Below are positions 9,902 to 20,676 of a stretch of DNA of 64,000 nucleotides, piece by piece. The DNA comes from a virus. The position numbers and the translations under genes are program-made. The stretch is taken from the IMG/VR virus record IMGVR_UViG_3300048583_000155, positions 6,415-70,414 of that record. The stretch is one strand, 5' to 3'. Below the pieces are notes generated by a model. It saw nothing but the letters and a program-made list of their open reading frames with translations. It had not been told where the DNA came from and ran no database searches. Every line of letters begins with the position of its first letter. Position 1 is the first letter of the stretch.

Positions 9902-10329
9902 TGCTCTGTGATTGTGATACTTCCAATAGGAAATCTAGGCTGAATCTGGTTGCTTACAGCTATCGGGCTGTTGAGATCACCAAAATGGAATATCTCACTT
10001 GCCCCGACTGCTTTACCTGTTGCGGCACTTGTGATTGTAGCGCCCGTTACCCCACACTGAGGATATTCAACCGCAACAACATTTGAAGTCGATCCACCTG
10101 AAGGAGCTGTCCATCCTCCTGTGGTCCTAGCCACCGATTGACGCACATAGTTCGTGTAAACCGTCTCGTTGCTACCCATATTCGAGGCCGCTGAATAACT
10201 CGCTGTCGCAAGAGCCATGAAGATATTAGCAATCGGAGAAGATGCTGCGTTGTCGGCTATGTTTGCCCAAGGCGTAGCGTTGTAGATTAATGCAAGGATG
10301 TTATTGCATGTTGATGTTCCTTTTGGCAT
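9898..10329 (-). CDS. Putative minor tail/fibre-associated structural protein
   Basis: NETVYTNYVRQSVAR ... VEYPQC ... PRFPIGSITITE pattern typical of small phage tail beta-sandwich proteins. Confidence 0.6.
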   Translation of the reverse strand: MPKGTSTCNNILALIYNATPWANIADNAASSPIANIFMALATASYSAASNMGSNETVYTNYVRQSVARTTGGWTAPSGGSTSNVVAVEYPQCGVTGATITSAATGKAVGASEIFHFGDLNSPIAVSNQIQPRFPIGSITITEQ

Positions 10330-10335
10330 GATTTT

Positions 10336-10704
10336 CTAATTTAAATCTGTGTTTTTATAGATTATGTTCACTGCTGTCATGTTACCGAATCTGTTTTGTT
10401 CTATCTCAAATTTAACAGGAATTGGTCGCTTATTAAACTTTTCGAGTTCTTTTAACAGGTTTTTACTCATTTCCATCACCGATTTTACAACTTCTTGCTG
10501 ATTTACCTCTACTTTTACCTCCGGTTTTTGAAGTTCTTTCAGCATATTCTCAAAAGAAGCTACTTTTCCTTCAAGTGATTTGTGCTGTGTGTCCGGCGAA
10601 GAAAGTATGTTTTTTATCTCCTGAAATACAGAAATAAGTTCTTTATGCCTCTTGTCGGCAATCAGTAAATTAAACTCTTTATCTTCTTTTTCCTGCTTTG
10701 TCAT
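10336..10704 (-). CDS. Hypothetical coiled-coil protein
   Basis: 122 aa ORF in operon, ATGA overlap with upstream gene. Confidence 0.7.
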   Translation of the reverse strand: MTKQEKEDKEFNLLIADKRHKELISVFQEIKNILSSPDTQHKSLEGKVASFENMLKELQKPEVKVEVNQQEVVKSVMEMSKNLLKELEKFNKRPIPVKFEIEQNRFGNMTAVNIIYKNTDLN

Positions 10705-12983
10705 GAATTCAGGCAGTCAATGAGTTGGAGTATTTTTTTGTGGCGCTGCTTAATGCTCTCCTGTTTGCTCTTAGAATCAATAGGATCATTTGCGCCAACA
10801 AGTTCCTTGGCTGAAAGATACTGAATTTTTACCGCCGATTTAACTGTTTTCACCACTTCTTCACTCAGCTTTTCTTCGACTGCTTCTGATTGATTTTCAA
10901 TATCAATCTGTGGCAATTTTACTTCATTGACTTCGGTTTTCTTAGGTTTTTTAAAGTTTGTCACATCAGATTTATCAATAGACAAATCTATTAACTCCAC
11001 ATCATTATTCCCGTATCCACCATAAGCAGTTTCGATGATTACTTTTTTCGGGTTTATTTTTTTAACAAATCCTACAGTACGGTCTTTTGACATCACAATA
11101 TCACCTACTTCAAGATAATTAGTATCTGTAAAGTTTTTATCTGCATCTATTTGTAGTGTTCTTTCTTCCCAAGAATCTAATACGGGCTTATTCCTTTCTT
11201 CTTTAGAGTACTCTCTTAACGGAACCTCAGTATCAGTTCCTTCAACAGTTGGTTCTTCTGATACATTTTCAACAACAGTTGGTTTCTCTCCTCTAGGTTC
11301 TTCGATGGTTGGTTGTTCTTGGATACTAGCATTTTCTACTGTTTCAGGTACAATCTCAGGCTCAACAACAGGCGTTTCTTCCGCTTTTACTTCTTCAACC
11401 GGTTTACTCAATTGCTTCACTTTGTTCTGCAAAGCACTTTGTAATTCAGAGTCATTTGTAATTGAAATCTCTTTGAGTTCGTCTAGGTTTTCGGCAGCAT
11501 CTATTTTAACAGAAGCCATTTCTTTAGGAACCTCATTTCCTCCTATTCTATACTCGGAAACAGGCGCGTTTTTAGGCTTTCCTACGACTTTGAAATCGGC
11601 TAGAGCATAAGTGTCTTCAGGAGTGTTATCAACCAACGAGAACTCAATATTCGGGTATTTTGTGGCTAATTTATTGATAATACCATTTGCCGATTTTTCG
11701 TCAAGCCCGTCCTCAGTATATTCCAACCCATCTTCTGTTTCAATAAAGTCAAGATTTGAATCACCGTCGTTCAAAGTCCTGTATTTTGTCTTTTCGAGTT
11801 TTTCAACAGTCTCTTTTACAACCTCATTGTTCTTTTCGATTACTTCGATTTTATCCTCGGTTTCTTTGATTGCTTTGTCTAAAATCTCCTGCTCTTCAGG
11901 TATATTGGTTTTTGCTCTTTTACCGGTCAAAGCAGAAACAAGTACGTTCATAGCAAAACCCAAAGTGCCGCCGACTGCCGCCGCTTCACCTACGCCATCC
12001 AATATCGACCTGTTGGCTTCATATATCCGATTTGCAGACATATTCTCATAAGCCGTCTGAACACTTTCTGTAATGGCTTCCTGACCAAATCCGATTGCTC
12101 CGTTCTTAGCCATTTCAAGAACTTTGGCATCTGGAGTGAATTTTGCAAGCCTAGCAAACATTGATTGGATAGGCAACTGTTCAAAAATAGACCCGACAAC
12201 CGTATTTTCTACACCCGCTTGTTGTGCCTGCCATTCGGTAGCCCCTGATCTTATTGCTTCTTCATAATTTGAAGCACCCATCATAGACCCGCCTATCACC
12301 CCCTGTCTTGAGCCCATTCCTTTTAGAAGGTCTTTACCCGCCTGAACAATCATTTCGGCTGTCTTAGCATTCTTAGCCATCTTAGGGATAGTGGACGGCG
12401 CACTACCTCCACCACTCATCAACATTCCTATAATTTGACCTGCGCCTGCTGACAACTGTCCTGCAAACGAGCCTTCAAAATCTTCGTCAATAGGAGTTAG
12501 TTCTTTTACTTTCTCTTTGTATTCCTGAGCAATTTTAAAAGGACTGACTCTAGCAGCGCCAATCGGCAAAACAATATCCTCTGCTTTTACGTCTTTTCCA
12601 CCGGTTACTTTATTTGCAAGATTGGAATACCAAGCGGTTCCAACAGCAAGCATTTCAGTAAGGTCGGCAGGGATATTTAAAAGCGTTCTATTTACAGTAG
12701 CCAAAGAATTTGTAAAGCCACCTTGCGAATCTTTTTTTTTTGGCTGTTCTACTTCTTGCGGAACTTGCTCGGTAGGTTGTTCGATTGGTTGTTTTGGATT
12801 TTTACCAATCAATCCTGAAAAATCATCAATGGTTTTTTTATACCCTTTAGATTGAACGTATGAGTACATATCATTCAAAACCTCTTGATCCGAATGCAAG
12901 AGGTTTACGAATTGATCTCTGTCTTTCCTGTATCCTTTTGATACGGCACGACTATACAGGTCATTGATTACTTCCTCATCCAT
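10701..12983 (-). CDS. Probable ejection (DNA-transfer) protein
   Basis: Gly/Ala-rich amphipathic core (AGQLSAGAGQIIG, GFGQEAITESVQ, GVGEAAAVGG), acidic low-complexity C-half. Confidence 0.65.
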   Translation of the reverse strand: MDEEVINDLYSRAVSKGYRKDRDQFVNLLHSDQEVLNDMYSYVQSKGYKKTIDDFSGLIGKNPKQPIEQPTEQVPQEVEQPKKKDSQGGFTNSLATVNRTLLNIPADLTEMLAVGTAWYSNLANKVTGGKDVKAEDIVLPIGAARVSPFKIAQEYKEKVKELTPIDEDFEGSFAGQLSAGAGQIIGMLMSGGGSAPSTIPKMAKNAKTAEMIVQAGKDLLKGMGSRQGVIGGSMMGASNYEEAIRSGATEWQAQQAGVENTVVGSIFEQLPIQSMFARLAKFTPDAKVLEMAKNGAIGFGQEAITESVQTAYENMSANRIYEANRSILDGVGEAAAVGGTLGFAMNVLVSALTGKRAKTNIPEEQEILDKAIKETEDKIEVIEKNNEVVKETVEKLEKTKYRTLNDGDSNLDFIETEDGLEYTEDGLDEKSANGIINKLATKYPNIEFSLVDNTPEDTYALADFKVVGKPKNAPVSEYRIGGNEVPKEMASVKIDAAENLDELKEISITNDSELQSALQNKVKQLSKPVEEVKAEETPVVEPEIVPETVENASIQEQPTIEEPRGEKPTVVENVSEEPTVEGTDTEVPLREYSKEERNKPVLDSWEERTLQIDADKNFTDTNYLEVGDIVMSKDRTVGFVKKINPKKVIIETAYGGYGNNDVELIDLSIDKSDVTNFKKPKKTEVNEVKLPQIDIENQSEAVEEKLSEEVVKTVKSAVKIQYLSAKELVGANDPIDSKSKQESIKQRHKKILQLIDCLNS

Positions 12984-14503
12984 TATTTTTCACTGTAGTT
13001 TAGTCCTCCTTGAGTATTAACAGTAGGTATTTTTTGCTTTGGTTTCGCGCCTGACATATTTAATTTCTCTAAATTTACAAAAGCCGTTTCCATATCTACG
13101 CCGTCAGCAAGAGAGAACTCTCTATCAGACCAATTATACATTCCGTCGGAAGTAGTTTCTCTTTCCTTGAACTTTACTACAGGTCTTGCCGCTGTTTTAG
13201 ACATAGCTTCTTTTACCTTATCGTACCCTTCTTTGGTTAAAGGTTTTCCTACACCGAAATCGCGACTAAATTCAACACCTAAAAGATCACCTATCTCCCT
13301 CCTTCTTTCAGGAGTCAATTTTTCCCACATCCATTTAGATGAAATGTCGTTTTGTATTTTTTCAAACTTTTTCTCATCTATTTCTTTATCGCCAACCTTA
13401 AAAGCATAATCCAAATCTTTAATTTTTTCCCCTGAATATTGGGCTAAGAATGACTTGTCTCTTTTGGTTACAGAATCAACAAATTGATTGAAATAAGTCT
13501 GATACTCCTGTTCCTCATTACCCGTTGCTTTTGAACTCAATAAATCTGCATTTTTTAAAGCAATACTTAATCTTGTGTTTTGCCTGTCAAGTTTCTGATT
13601 TTCTTCTTCGTCGGCTAATTGCTGAGCGGTTTTTACAACAGAAACTTTTGCGTTACCGGTCATAGTGTTTTTCAAACCTTCCTGAATAGCCATACCCATA
13701 CCGACATCGGCAGGAAAATTGGAATAATTTTGCTTTCTCAATTTCTCGTATATCTCCAAAACTTCAGGTCTTAATTCACCGTTTAGCGCCTTTTGTAGAT
13801 ATTCAGGCGGCACGGTTACATTAATCCTACCGTCTTCTCCCCTTGGATTGTTAGGGTCTGTAAAATCATTCAAAAGTACACTCGTTCTTATCTGATTGCC
13901 GTTTTTGTCAAGACCGACAGTTTCGTAAGTTCCGTTTGTCTTGAACGAGTCGGCTTCGGTTTTTAGTATCAACTCAGGTCTTTCGTATTTCTTACCGATT
14001 GACATAAAATCAACAGGGTTTCGGCTGATAAGATAATCAGGATTGGTAGCGAGAGTCATAACTTCCGCCAATACTTTCGGCTTATCTGCTTCCGGGATGT
14101 ATGGGCTTGCTTTCAACATTTCAGCAAACGGCTTCAACTGTTTGAGATTATTGTCAGCCTGAGCCATCCCACCGCGTAATCTACCTGTCATTTCACCAAG
14201 TTTCATTCTGAATTCGGGATCGGTAGCTTTTCCTCCGTTTTTGTAATGTTCAGCCATGAAATTTTTGGTAGAATCGACCATTTGCTGATTGATTCCCGCG
14301 TATTGTTGCTGTAATACACCTTCAATTTCTCCGATATTAGAGTAAAGAGACATGAACTGCTGCTGCTGTTCCATGTCCCTGTCGTACTGCTCGCGAATAC
14401 CCTTTTCTAGTATGTTGCCGGTTCTTGCCAACGATCTTTCAATCCTGTCGGCAGGCTTATAAACATCCCCTGTTGGCGTGTTAAAAATTTGGGTTTGTAT
14501 CAT
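12983..14503 (-). CDS. Probable ejection/internal virion protein
   Basis: Helical Gln-rich protein between pilot-like and large ejection genes. Confidence 0.55.
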   Translation of the reverse strand: MIQTQIFNTPTGDVYKPADRIERSLARTGNILEKGIREQYDRDMEQQQQFMSLYSNIGEIEGVLQQQYAGINQQMVDSTKNFMAEHYKNGGKATDPEFRMKLGEMTGRLRGGMAQADNNLKQLKPFAEMLKASPYIPEADKPKVLAEVMTLATNPDYLISRNPVDFMSIGKKYERPELILKTEADSFKTNGTYETVGLDKNGNQIRTSVLLNDFTDPNNPRGEDGRINVTVPPEYLQKALNGELRPEVLEIYEKLRKQNYSNFPADVGMGMAIQEGLKNTMTGNAKVSVVKTAQQLADEEENQKLDRQNTRLSIALKNADLLSSKATGNEEQEYQTYFNQFVDSVTKRDKSFLAQYSGEKIKDLDYAFKVGDKEIDEKKFEKIQNDISSKWMWEKLTPERRREIGDLLGVEFSRDFGVGKPLTKEGYDKVKEAMSKTAARPVVKFKERETTSDGMYNWSDREFSLADGVDMETAFVNLEKLNMSGAKPKQKIPTVNTQGGLNYSEK

Positions 14504-15177
14504 TTCTTCTTGAACATGTTACTGAACAAACTTCCTCCACCTGTCATTGGAGCCATACCGAGAGACAACCCTGTATTCACAATACCATCACCAAACGCAC
14601 TCCAAGAATCTCTTGTAGCGTTTCTTTGGTTGATAGCCGCCTCTTGGAAGTTTCTCTTATCAAATTCCTGCTGTTGCCAAGGCTGATACTCATTCAGGTT
14701 GAACTGTTGATCTTTCAATCCTGACATTTCCATCAAAGCCCTGTTGAAATTATTCATTTGACCGACTTTAAAACCCTGATTCTGAACATTGATGTCGTTC
14801 ATGTTGTTTCTCTCTCCCTCTGTGATAATTCCAAGGCTACTAAGCAACGAAGAACCTGAATCAGCAAATTGTTGAGCCTGACCCAATGAATTAGCGGTAG
14901 TTCCCTGAGCCTGATTGACCATTCTCCCGTAGCCGGGCATGTCTCCCTGAGCCATATTTTCAGTGTTGGCTAGATAATCTTTTGACTCTTGGGTGATTTG
15001 ATAGTCAGGTCTTACAGGGTTGATTGCGTCGGCTTTTGCCTGCAACTTCTTCGCTTCCTTACCTGAACCGATTGCTGAAATGAACGATCCAAAGAACGCG
15101 ACTTCTGTCTGTCCGTCGGAATAGTACCATGCAAGCAAGCAAAGTACACTAAATATGGCCTGAACTGCGATTTTCAT
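14500..15177 (-). CDS. Probable small ejection/pilot protein
   Basis: Gln/Asn/Gly-rich with hydrophobic N-terminus and Gly-rich C-terminal helix; follows nozzle gene. Confidence 0.55.
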   Translation of the reverse strand: MKIAVQAIFSVLCLLAWYYSDGQTEVAFFGSFISAIGSGKEAKKLQAKADAINPVRPDYQITQESKDYLANTENMAQGDMPGYGRMVNQAQGTTANSLGQAQQFADSGSSLLSSLGIITEGERNNMNDINVQNQGFKVGQMNNFNRALMEMSGLKDQQFNLNEYQPWQQQEFDKRNFQEAAINQRNATRDSWSAFGDGIVNTGLSLGMAPMTGGGSLFSNMFKKK

Positions 15178-18100
15178 TGAATATGATGGTTTCTATGCCT
15201 ATGTCTTCTTTTAAAGTAATCTCAACCGTGAATATATCATCTCTCATTTCATCACCCTGTAACAAACCTCCTGTTGAATTTTCGTCTCTTAAAATATGAG
15301 CATAAGCCACATCTTCATTGACTTCAAAATCGGAATTTATGAGGTTTGTTGACTGTCCTCTGTCGTTGGTAATGACTATTTCAATACAATCTTCAAGTAC
15401 CTGAACATTCTCTTCGTAGCAAAACGCATTGTCAGTCAGGTATAATCCGATGTTTTCTAGTATCTGTGGCGACGGAAACACCAACTTGAAGGTAAATATA
15501 CCATTATTTTGCGTTCCAAAGTAGTTCGCATAGTTGGAATTATTTGACCTGTAAGGGATTCCGTTCTTAAAAGCTACAAGAAATTCATTGATTTTCCCAA
15601 ACCAATCGGGAACAAATTGATAAAAACTTCTCCACACGTTTTCATTTTCATCAAATGACACTACTGAGTCGAATTTTACGAACAATAATTTATGAAAAGG
15701 ATCATATCCAAGTATCGGTTCCGCCGTTCTTCCGTAGAAAAATGACTTCATTCCCAAATCAGAGATAGACCTTACTCCGTTTGAATCATACCGGACAACC
15801 TGATAAGCGTAAACATCCCACCACCATACCCTTCCTTCGTGAGATACGACTGAATTTGTATGCTTGGTTCCGTATCCGCCTGATAAAACATTGATGGTTC
15901 CAATTACTTTTGCGCTGCTTCCGACTATACTCTGCCCTTGATTATCTACAAACTGAGTTTCGCCTAAATAAACGGAAAGCGCCTCTTGTTCACATATCGC
16001 AAGCATTACGGTTCCGAACTGCTGTGATTTACTTGCAAGCACAAGTCTGTTTATCTGACCGTTTTCTACACCGACAACTTCTTCATCAAACGGATCAAAA
16101 TTCGATATGCCGTTCACTTTTGTTCCTTGGACAAATTTATTCGAGAATCTTATTGCTCCTTCTTTTGTGACTTGATCGAAATCAACGACTGCATTTGCCC
16201 GGCCAAGGTCTTTGATCCATCCTACATTTGGATTTAAATCGGGATTTCTAGCTTCTACCACGATGTCAACAGGAAGAACTTCTAGATCATTTGATGTAAA
16301 CGCACCTGAAGACACTGTTCTTGCGTCAGGATATTCAAATGTTTCAGTATCAACGACAGTCACATCACCTTTCAAGAACCCACTTAATACTGAGAATGCC
16401 CTGTCAACCGTTCTTTTATTGATAACCTCAAACACTCTTGACACCTCATAGAAAACAAGATTTTCCGCAACTGATCTTGGGGTGTATATTTCGTAGTAAA
16501 GTCTAATCGGGAACGGAGAAGCAATTGTTTCAAAATTCGAATTACTTACAGGATTGATTCTGAGTTTCGACCCTACAAATCCTGTGATAGCATAAGTGAA
16601 GAAACTGCCTGCCGCTTCTATTTCGATCAAGTCGCCTTGGGTGAAATTATAGGCATTACCTGATTTTAAAGAACCAGACAAATCAATCTCCACATACTCA
16701 GCGTCGGTTCTGAAAGCTCTACTGTATTTTGTTACACCCGCTTCAATGTAAACCCAATAGATATCAGTTGTCAATCCCTGTTGAAAAGTAACCCTTGACA
16801 GATTGTCTGTACGGACTATCTGATAAGCATCAGCCCAAATAGGAATATTTGTATCGTCTGTCTCGGAAATATCCCATCTGATAGCAGAAACAGCACCACT
16901 CCTGAAATCGTCATTGATTGTAGCAATGCAATTCGAGTTTGTGTAAACACCTTGGTTCCTAAGATACCGATCATAGAAAACTATCCCTATTCTGTATTGG
17001 CTTCGGTTCTTGAACTTTGAAGCGCCAACCGTGTCCGGTGATTGAAGATTTGTAGTAACAAGATGTTCGGGCAGCACTTTGGTAAGCGTTTGTGCCTCTG
17101 TTCTCCATAAAGGAGCAACGTCTTCAGTTCCTGTTTCTATTGAAAATACAAGCTGCGCTTCGGTTGAAAACACATTGATATCAATCGTAGCGGTAGTTTC
17201 AAGCCCTGTGTAGTCAGTCGGTCTGTTAAATGGAGAACTTGTTGTAAGATCGCCCGCCTTGAAGAAATAGAATCTATCACCGAACTTCAGATAGTAATTA
17301 GATTCAGTCTCAGTGTAGAAATAAGTATCAGGTGCAAATATCGTGTACTCTTCTTCATTCAAAGTTCTTTCAGCAACCCATACTTCCATTTCGGTAGGTT
17401 GTAAATCCTGAGTCTCAGTAGTCACTGTAGCGGAAAGAGTGGATATTTCGTACCTGTCGTACCCTTCGGTATTGTTGGCAAGAAATACCCTGTCTCTTGC
17501 GACCTCTAAGGTCTTGGAGATATATGGAACGCTTTCAAATGGTTTTACTGTTTCGTTTCTTGGTAATGCTCTACCTAGATTATCGCCCTTGTACGGAGTA
17601 CCTAAGAACGGCGCTGCAAATGGATTTACCAAAGGAACACCATCATCTACCGAGTAAGTGTAAGACTGATAGTAATTGCCGGGTTCTGCTGTAAAGAAAA
17701 TACTTATTGTTTCATCCTCGGTCACGACATCCACGACCCTTCTTTCCCACAATACTCCATTCCGGTAAAGGTCAATGTATAATTGAGGGTCTGTCGGACC
17801 TCCTGAAAGCGGTTCGATAATCCAATTTCTGATCTGAACCTGAGTGCCTGCCTCAAATGTAAACGGAACCGTTGATTCTGATTCTACAAACTCATAAACC
17901 AACACAGTATCATTGGCGACTATCAAAGTATTTGCGTCCACATACGGAGTACCGATTTGTGTAGCTATGTAATCCAAGAAAATATTACCAAGAAATTCCT
18001 GAACAGTAAGAGTTTCCCATACCTGCCAAAAATCCCAATCATTTCTTCTTACCAATAACTCAACAGCGCGAACATACTTTGGTAATTCTTCTCTGCCGTC

Positions 18101-18724
18101 TTTGCTTAGATAGATCGCTTCAATAAAATTACCAGTAGTGTCTCCGTAAATACTCTCGGTGAACGGCGCGATTACACTGTTTTGATTGTCCTCGTAAACA
18201 TACCTGTAAGAAAATTGATATGAATATCCGTTAAAAGGACTATAATCAGCCACACTTGTTTTCACTTTGTAAACCAAAGGAAATATCGGGGCGGGCCGAA
18301 TAATAGTAATGTCGTCCTCAATTATGTTAGCGTACTCTCTAGTTACATTTATATACCTAGGCTGTTTTAGATCATCAGTCCACAACAGGTAATCAGCAAT
18401 AATCGAACCGTGTTTTTTAGCGGTTCCGAGTCCTGCCCATTCAAATATTTTGGTTCTTGTGCCTGCAATCTGATCGTAAACCCAAATAGAGTCTGCTAAA
18501 AAGTAATAAACCTTGGAATTTGCTTTGTCTTCAATATGTCCGTAAGTCTGCCCTAGGTTTGTATCAGTACCGATTCGTAAAAACCCCGGATACATTCTCA
18601 AGAGACCGCCCTTACCGTCCTTGCCTGTCTGAAATATGATATTCTGGGCATCAGTATAGTTTTCACCAAGAAACTTCGGGGTGATATCCCTGTTGATGCC
18701 CCCTTGGAAGAAAACCTGCTTCAT
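15149..18724 (-). CDS. Tail nozzle/stabilisation protein (P22 gp10 / crAss muzzle-like)
   Basis: FQGGINRD, YTDAQNI, LLWTDDLKQPRYINV, QFSYRYVYEDNQNS, YRIGIVFYD, SISDLGMKSFF motifs; 1191 aa. Confidence 0.75.
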   Translation of the reverse strand: MKQVFFQGGINRDITPKFLGENYTDAQNIIFQTGKDGKGGLLRMYPGFLRIGTDTNLGQTYGHIEDKANSKVYYFLADSIWVYDQIAGTRTKIFEWAGLGTAKKHGSIIADYLLWTDDLKQPRYINVTREYANIIEDDITIIRPAPIFPLVYKVKTSVADYSPFNGYSYQFSYRYVYEDNQNSVIAPFTESIYGDTTGNFIEAIYLSKDGREELPKYVRAVELLVRRNDWDFWQVWETLTVQEFLGNIFLDYIATQIGTPYVDANTLIVANDTVLVYEFVESESTVPFTFEAGTQVQIRNWIIEPLSGGPTDPQLYIDLYRNGVLWERRVVDVVTEDETISIFFTAEPGNYYQSYTYSVDDGVPLVNPFAAPFLGTPYKGDNLGRALPRNETVKPFESVPYISKTLEVARDRVFLANNTEGYDRYEISTLSATVTTETQDLQPTEMEVWVAERTLNEEEYTIFAPDTYFYTETESNYYLKFGDRFYFFKAGDLTTSSPFNRPTDYTGLETTATIDINVFSTEAQLVFSIETGTEDVAPLWRTEAQTLTKVLPEHLVTTNLQSPDTVGASKFKNRSQYRIGIVFYDRYLRNQGVYTNSNCIATINDDFRSGAVSAIRWDISETDDTNIPIWADAYQIVRTDNLSRVTFQQGLTTDIYWVYIEAGVTKYSRAFRTDAEYVEIDLSGSLKSGNAYNFTQGDLIEIEAAGSFFTYAITGFVGSKLRINPVSNSNFETIASPFPIRLYYEIYTPRSVAENLVFYEVSRVFEVINKRTVDRAFSVLSGFLKGDVTVVDTETFEYPDARTVSSGAFTSNDLEVLPVDIVVEARNPDLNPNVGWIKDLGRANAVVDFDQVTKEGAIRFSNKFVQGTKVNGISNFDPFDEEVVGVENGQINRLVLASKSQQFGTVMLAICEQEALSVYLGETQFVDNQGQSIVGSSAKVIGTINVLSGGYGTKHTNSVVSHEGRVWWWDVYAYQVVRYDSNGVRSISDLGMKSFFYGRTAEPILGYDPFHKLLFVKFDSVVSFDENENVWRSFYQFVPDWFGKINEFLVAFKNGIPYRSNNSNYANYFGTQNNGIFTFKLVFPSPQILENIGLYLTDNAFCYEENVQVLEDCIEIVITNDRGQSTNLINSDFEVNEDVAYAHILRDENSTGGLLQGDEMRDDIFTVEITLKEDIGIETIIFNENRSSGHI

Positions 18725-19473
18725 ATTTTGACGGTCATTGTTTGGTGATCCCTTACTGTTTTGATATAATCTTCGTAACCGAATCCGTTTATCACAGAGT
18801 TCAGGTTCCTTTTTGAAACGTAATAAGCGCTTTTTTCATTCTGCTTTTCCCAAATACCTTTTTGTGTTCTCGCTTCTTTCCATTTCCAATCCATCCAAAG
18901 TTTCAAAGTTTCTTCGGCGTGCGGGTGAATCAAATTAACATCAGAAGTGACCCCTGAAGATGAATAAACCACAAGAATGCAGGTAGGTCTAGCACTTACG
19001 TCCAATTGGATTCTGTCTCCGATTCTCTTGTAGCCAAAAGGTTGTGCCGGCGGGTCGCCAAAAGCTCTCCCGACGTGTTCAAATTTGTCATTGAGTCTTG
19101 AAGTGAACAAGTACCCAATATCCAAGAAAGTAGTATTCTCCCAAGCCGAAACAGGAATATCTCTGATAATCGCGTTACCCTGATCGTCTCTCAACTGAAT
19201 AGGGTTAATCCCGTCATTCTGAGGTATAGGTAGAATTTTATCTCCATTTGGTACACAGACTTTAATCAAGTCAATCGCGCCTGTCGGAAGTATTGCTGAA
19301 TTTGTGTCGTCAACCGAAATCTCCTGAGCCTTTACGTTTTGATTGATGTCCAAATCTTTCGCCAAGTCTTTTAGTCCAGACAAAGCAATAGTAAGCAACC
19401 TGAAATAATCATGCAGCACCAATCCTCTTTCGTGGATATAAGTTCTTACAACGGAGTCAACGGTTATCAGCAT
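18721..19473 (-). CDS. Tail ring/adaptor protein
   Basis: Position in trio upstream of nozzle; LIHPHAEETLKLWM-type C-terminal helix. Confidence 0.55.
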   Translation of the reverse strand: MLITVDSVVRTYIHERGLVLHDYFRLLTIALSGLKDLAKDLDINQNVKAQEISVDDTNSAILPTGAIDLIKVCVPNGDKILPIPQNDGINPIQLRDDQGNAIIRDIPVSAWENTTFLDIGYLFTSRLNDKFEHVGRAFGDPPAQPFGYKRIGDRIQLDVSARPTCILVVYSSSGVTSDVNLIHPHAEETLKLWMDWKWKEARTQKGIWEKQNEKSAYYVSKRNLNSVINGFGYEDYIKTVRDHQTMTVKI

Positions 19474-20087
19474 CAGTCAAGTTGTCTTTCGTTTGTTTTT
19501 CTTTCATTCTTTGCACTGGCGGCATTTGCCGACATTTGAGCTAAACCAAACTGCTTCAACACAAATTCGATTACCTGAGCTTCCATTTCAGGCGGAATAG
19601 GTAGAATATCAGTATCGTTTACAGGATCGTAAACTACAAGTTTTACCGTTACCGTAGTGGCAACTGTTTTTGTGAATGAGATTCTGTGTCCTTCATAAAA
19701 GTACCCAACCTGACCTTCGATATACATGGAAGGAGTGCCTTGGACTATCTGAAAATCGTTTGTCTGAATCGGTATGTAAGCCTGTGTAGAACATCCCTGT
19801 GGGTGTACTCTATGGATTCCCTGTTCTTTTGGAAGTGACACCGGCACAACAGGAAGAATAATGTAATCACATCCGCCTGAAGTTTGCTTTACAATATCAT
19901 AAGAAGCAAGAATACACCCCGAAATATCTCCTCTTTGGAAAATCTCAGGTTTAATCAGAAAGTTGACCGCTTGGGTAATCAGTAATTTAATCTCGCGCAC
20001 ATCCAACCTAGAAACATCTTCTCTGTCGATATTTCTCGAATAAATTCTCTGAATCTGTTCTGCGAGTAAGTTTCTATTGGTTGCCAA
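19473..20087 (-). CDS. Tail ring/adaptor protein
   Basis: LPIPPEMEAQVIE C-terminal motif, synteny. Confidence 0.55.
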   Translation of the reverse strand: MATNRNLLAEQIQRIYSRNIDREDVSRLDVREIKLLITQAVNFLIKPEIFQRGDISGCILASYDIVKQTSGGCDYIILPVVPVSLPKEQGIHRVHPQGCSTQAYIPIQTNDFQIVQGTPSMYIEGQVGYFYEGHRISFTKTVATTVTVKLVVYDPVNDTDILPIPPEMEAQVIEFVLKQFGLAQMSANAASAKNERKTNERQLD

Positions 20088-20676
20088 CTTGCTTTTCCAT
20101 TAATAGTGATTCTTCGTTTAAAGCAATCCCGAGATAAGGCATTGTATTTATCAAAACCCTATTTAAAGCAGACGCATCTACATCTAGGTCAACCGATCCT
20201 ACTTCTTTGAATACAATATCCCTTACTACCACATCATAAGCGAAAACAGGCTTAATTACTTCTCGGTAGTAAGATAGGATAAAATTCCCGTCAGTAGGTA
20301 AATATGTAATCTGACTTCCCCTGATTCTAGCAATCGGTCTTTCGTAATCCGGTGCAAGAATAAAGGAATTTCTTCTATCAGAAAATTCTTGCTCCGTCAA
20401 CAGATCACCTTCATACTCTTTTCCTGCGTACAGCGCGAATATCTGAACTTCTCTCTGAAAATCCGCGGGTAAAGTAAAGGTTCCTGTTGTGTTGTGAGCG
20501 ACTGTTTTGAGATACCTGTTCAGTTTTTGGACGTTATCAGTGGTTTTGAACAGAGAAGTGTAATAATCTAGCAATCCACGATATAAAGCGCGATCAATCT
20601 GCTGAGGAGTCTGATAGGCTCCTTTGAATTTACGAATTTGATCCCGAACTATGCTGTGCGCCTCTTCGATTAACAT
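20074..20676 (-). CDS. Tail ring / head-tail connector protein (P22 gp4-like)
   Basis: YQTPQQID, FTLPADF, ILSYYREVIKP motifs. Confidence 0.6.
   Translation of the reverse strand: MLIEEAHSIVRDQIRKFKGAYQTPQQIDRALYRGLLDYYTSLFKTTDNVQKLNRYLKTVAHNTTGTFTLPADFQREVQIFALYAGKEYEGDLLTEQEFSDRRNSFILAPDYERPIARIRGSQITYLPTDGNFILSYYREVIKPVFAYDVVVRDIVFKEVGSVDLDVDASALNRVLINTMPYLGIALNEESLLMEKQVGNQ

Noticed and set aside
2442-12983. 760-aa and 1432-aa genes as halves of one split gene (IDC near the end of one and start of the other)
   Set aside because: A three-residue coincidence; both have normal starts and stops and no splice or frameshift signal was seen
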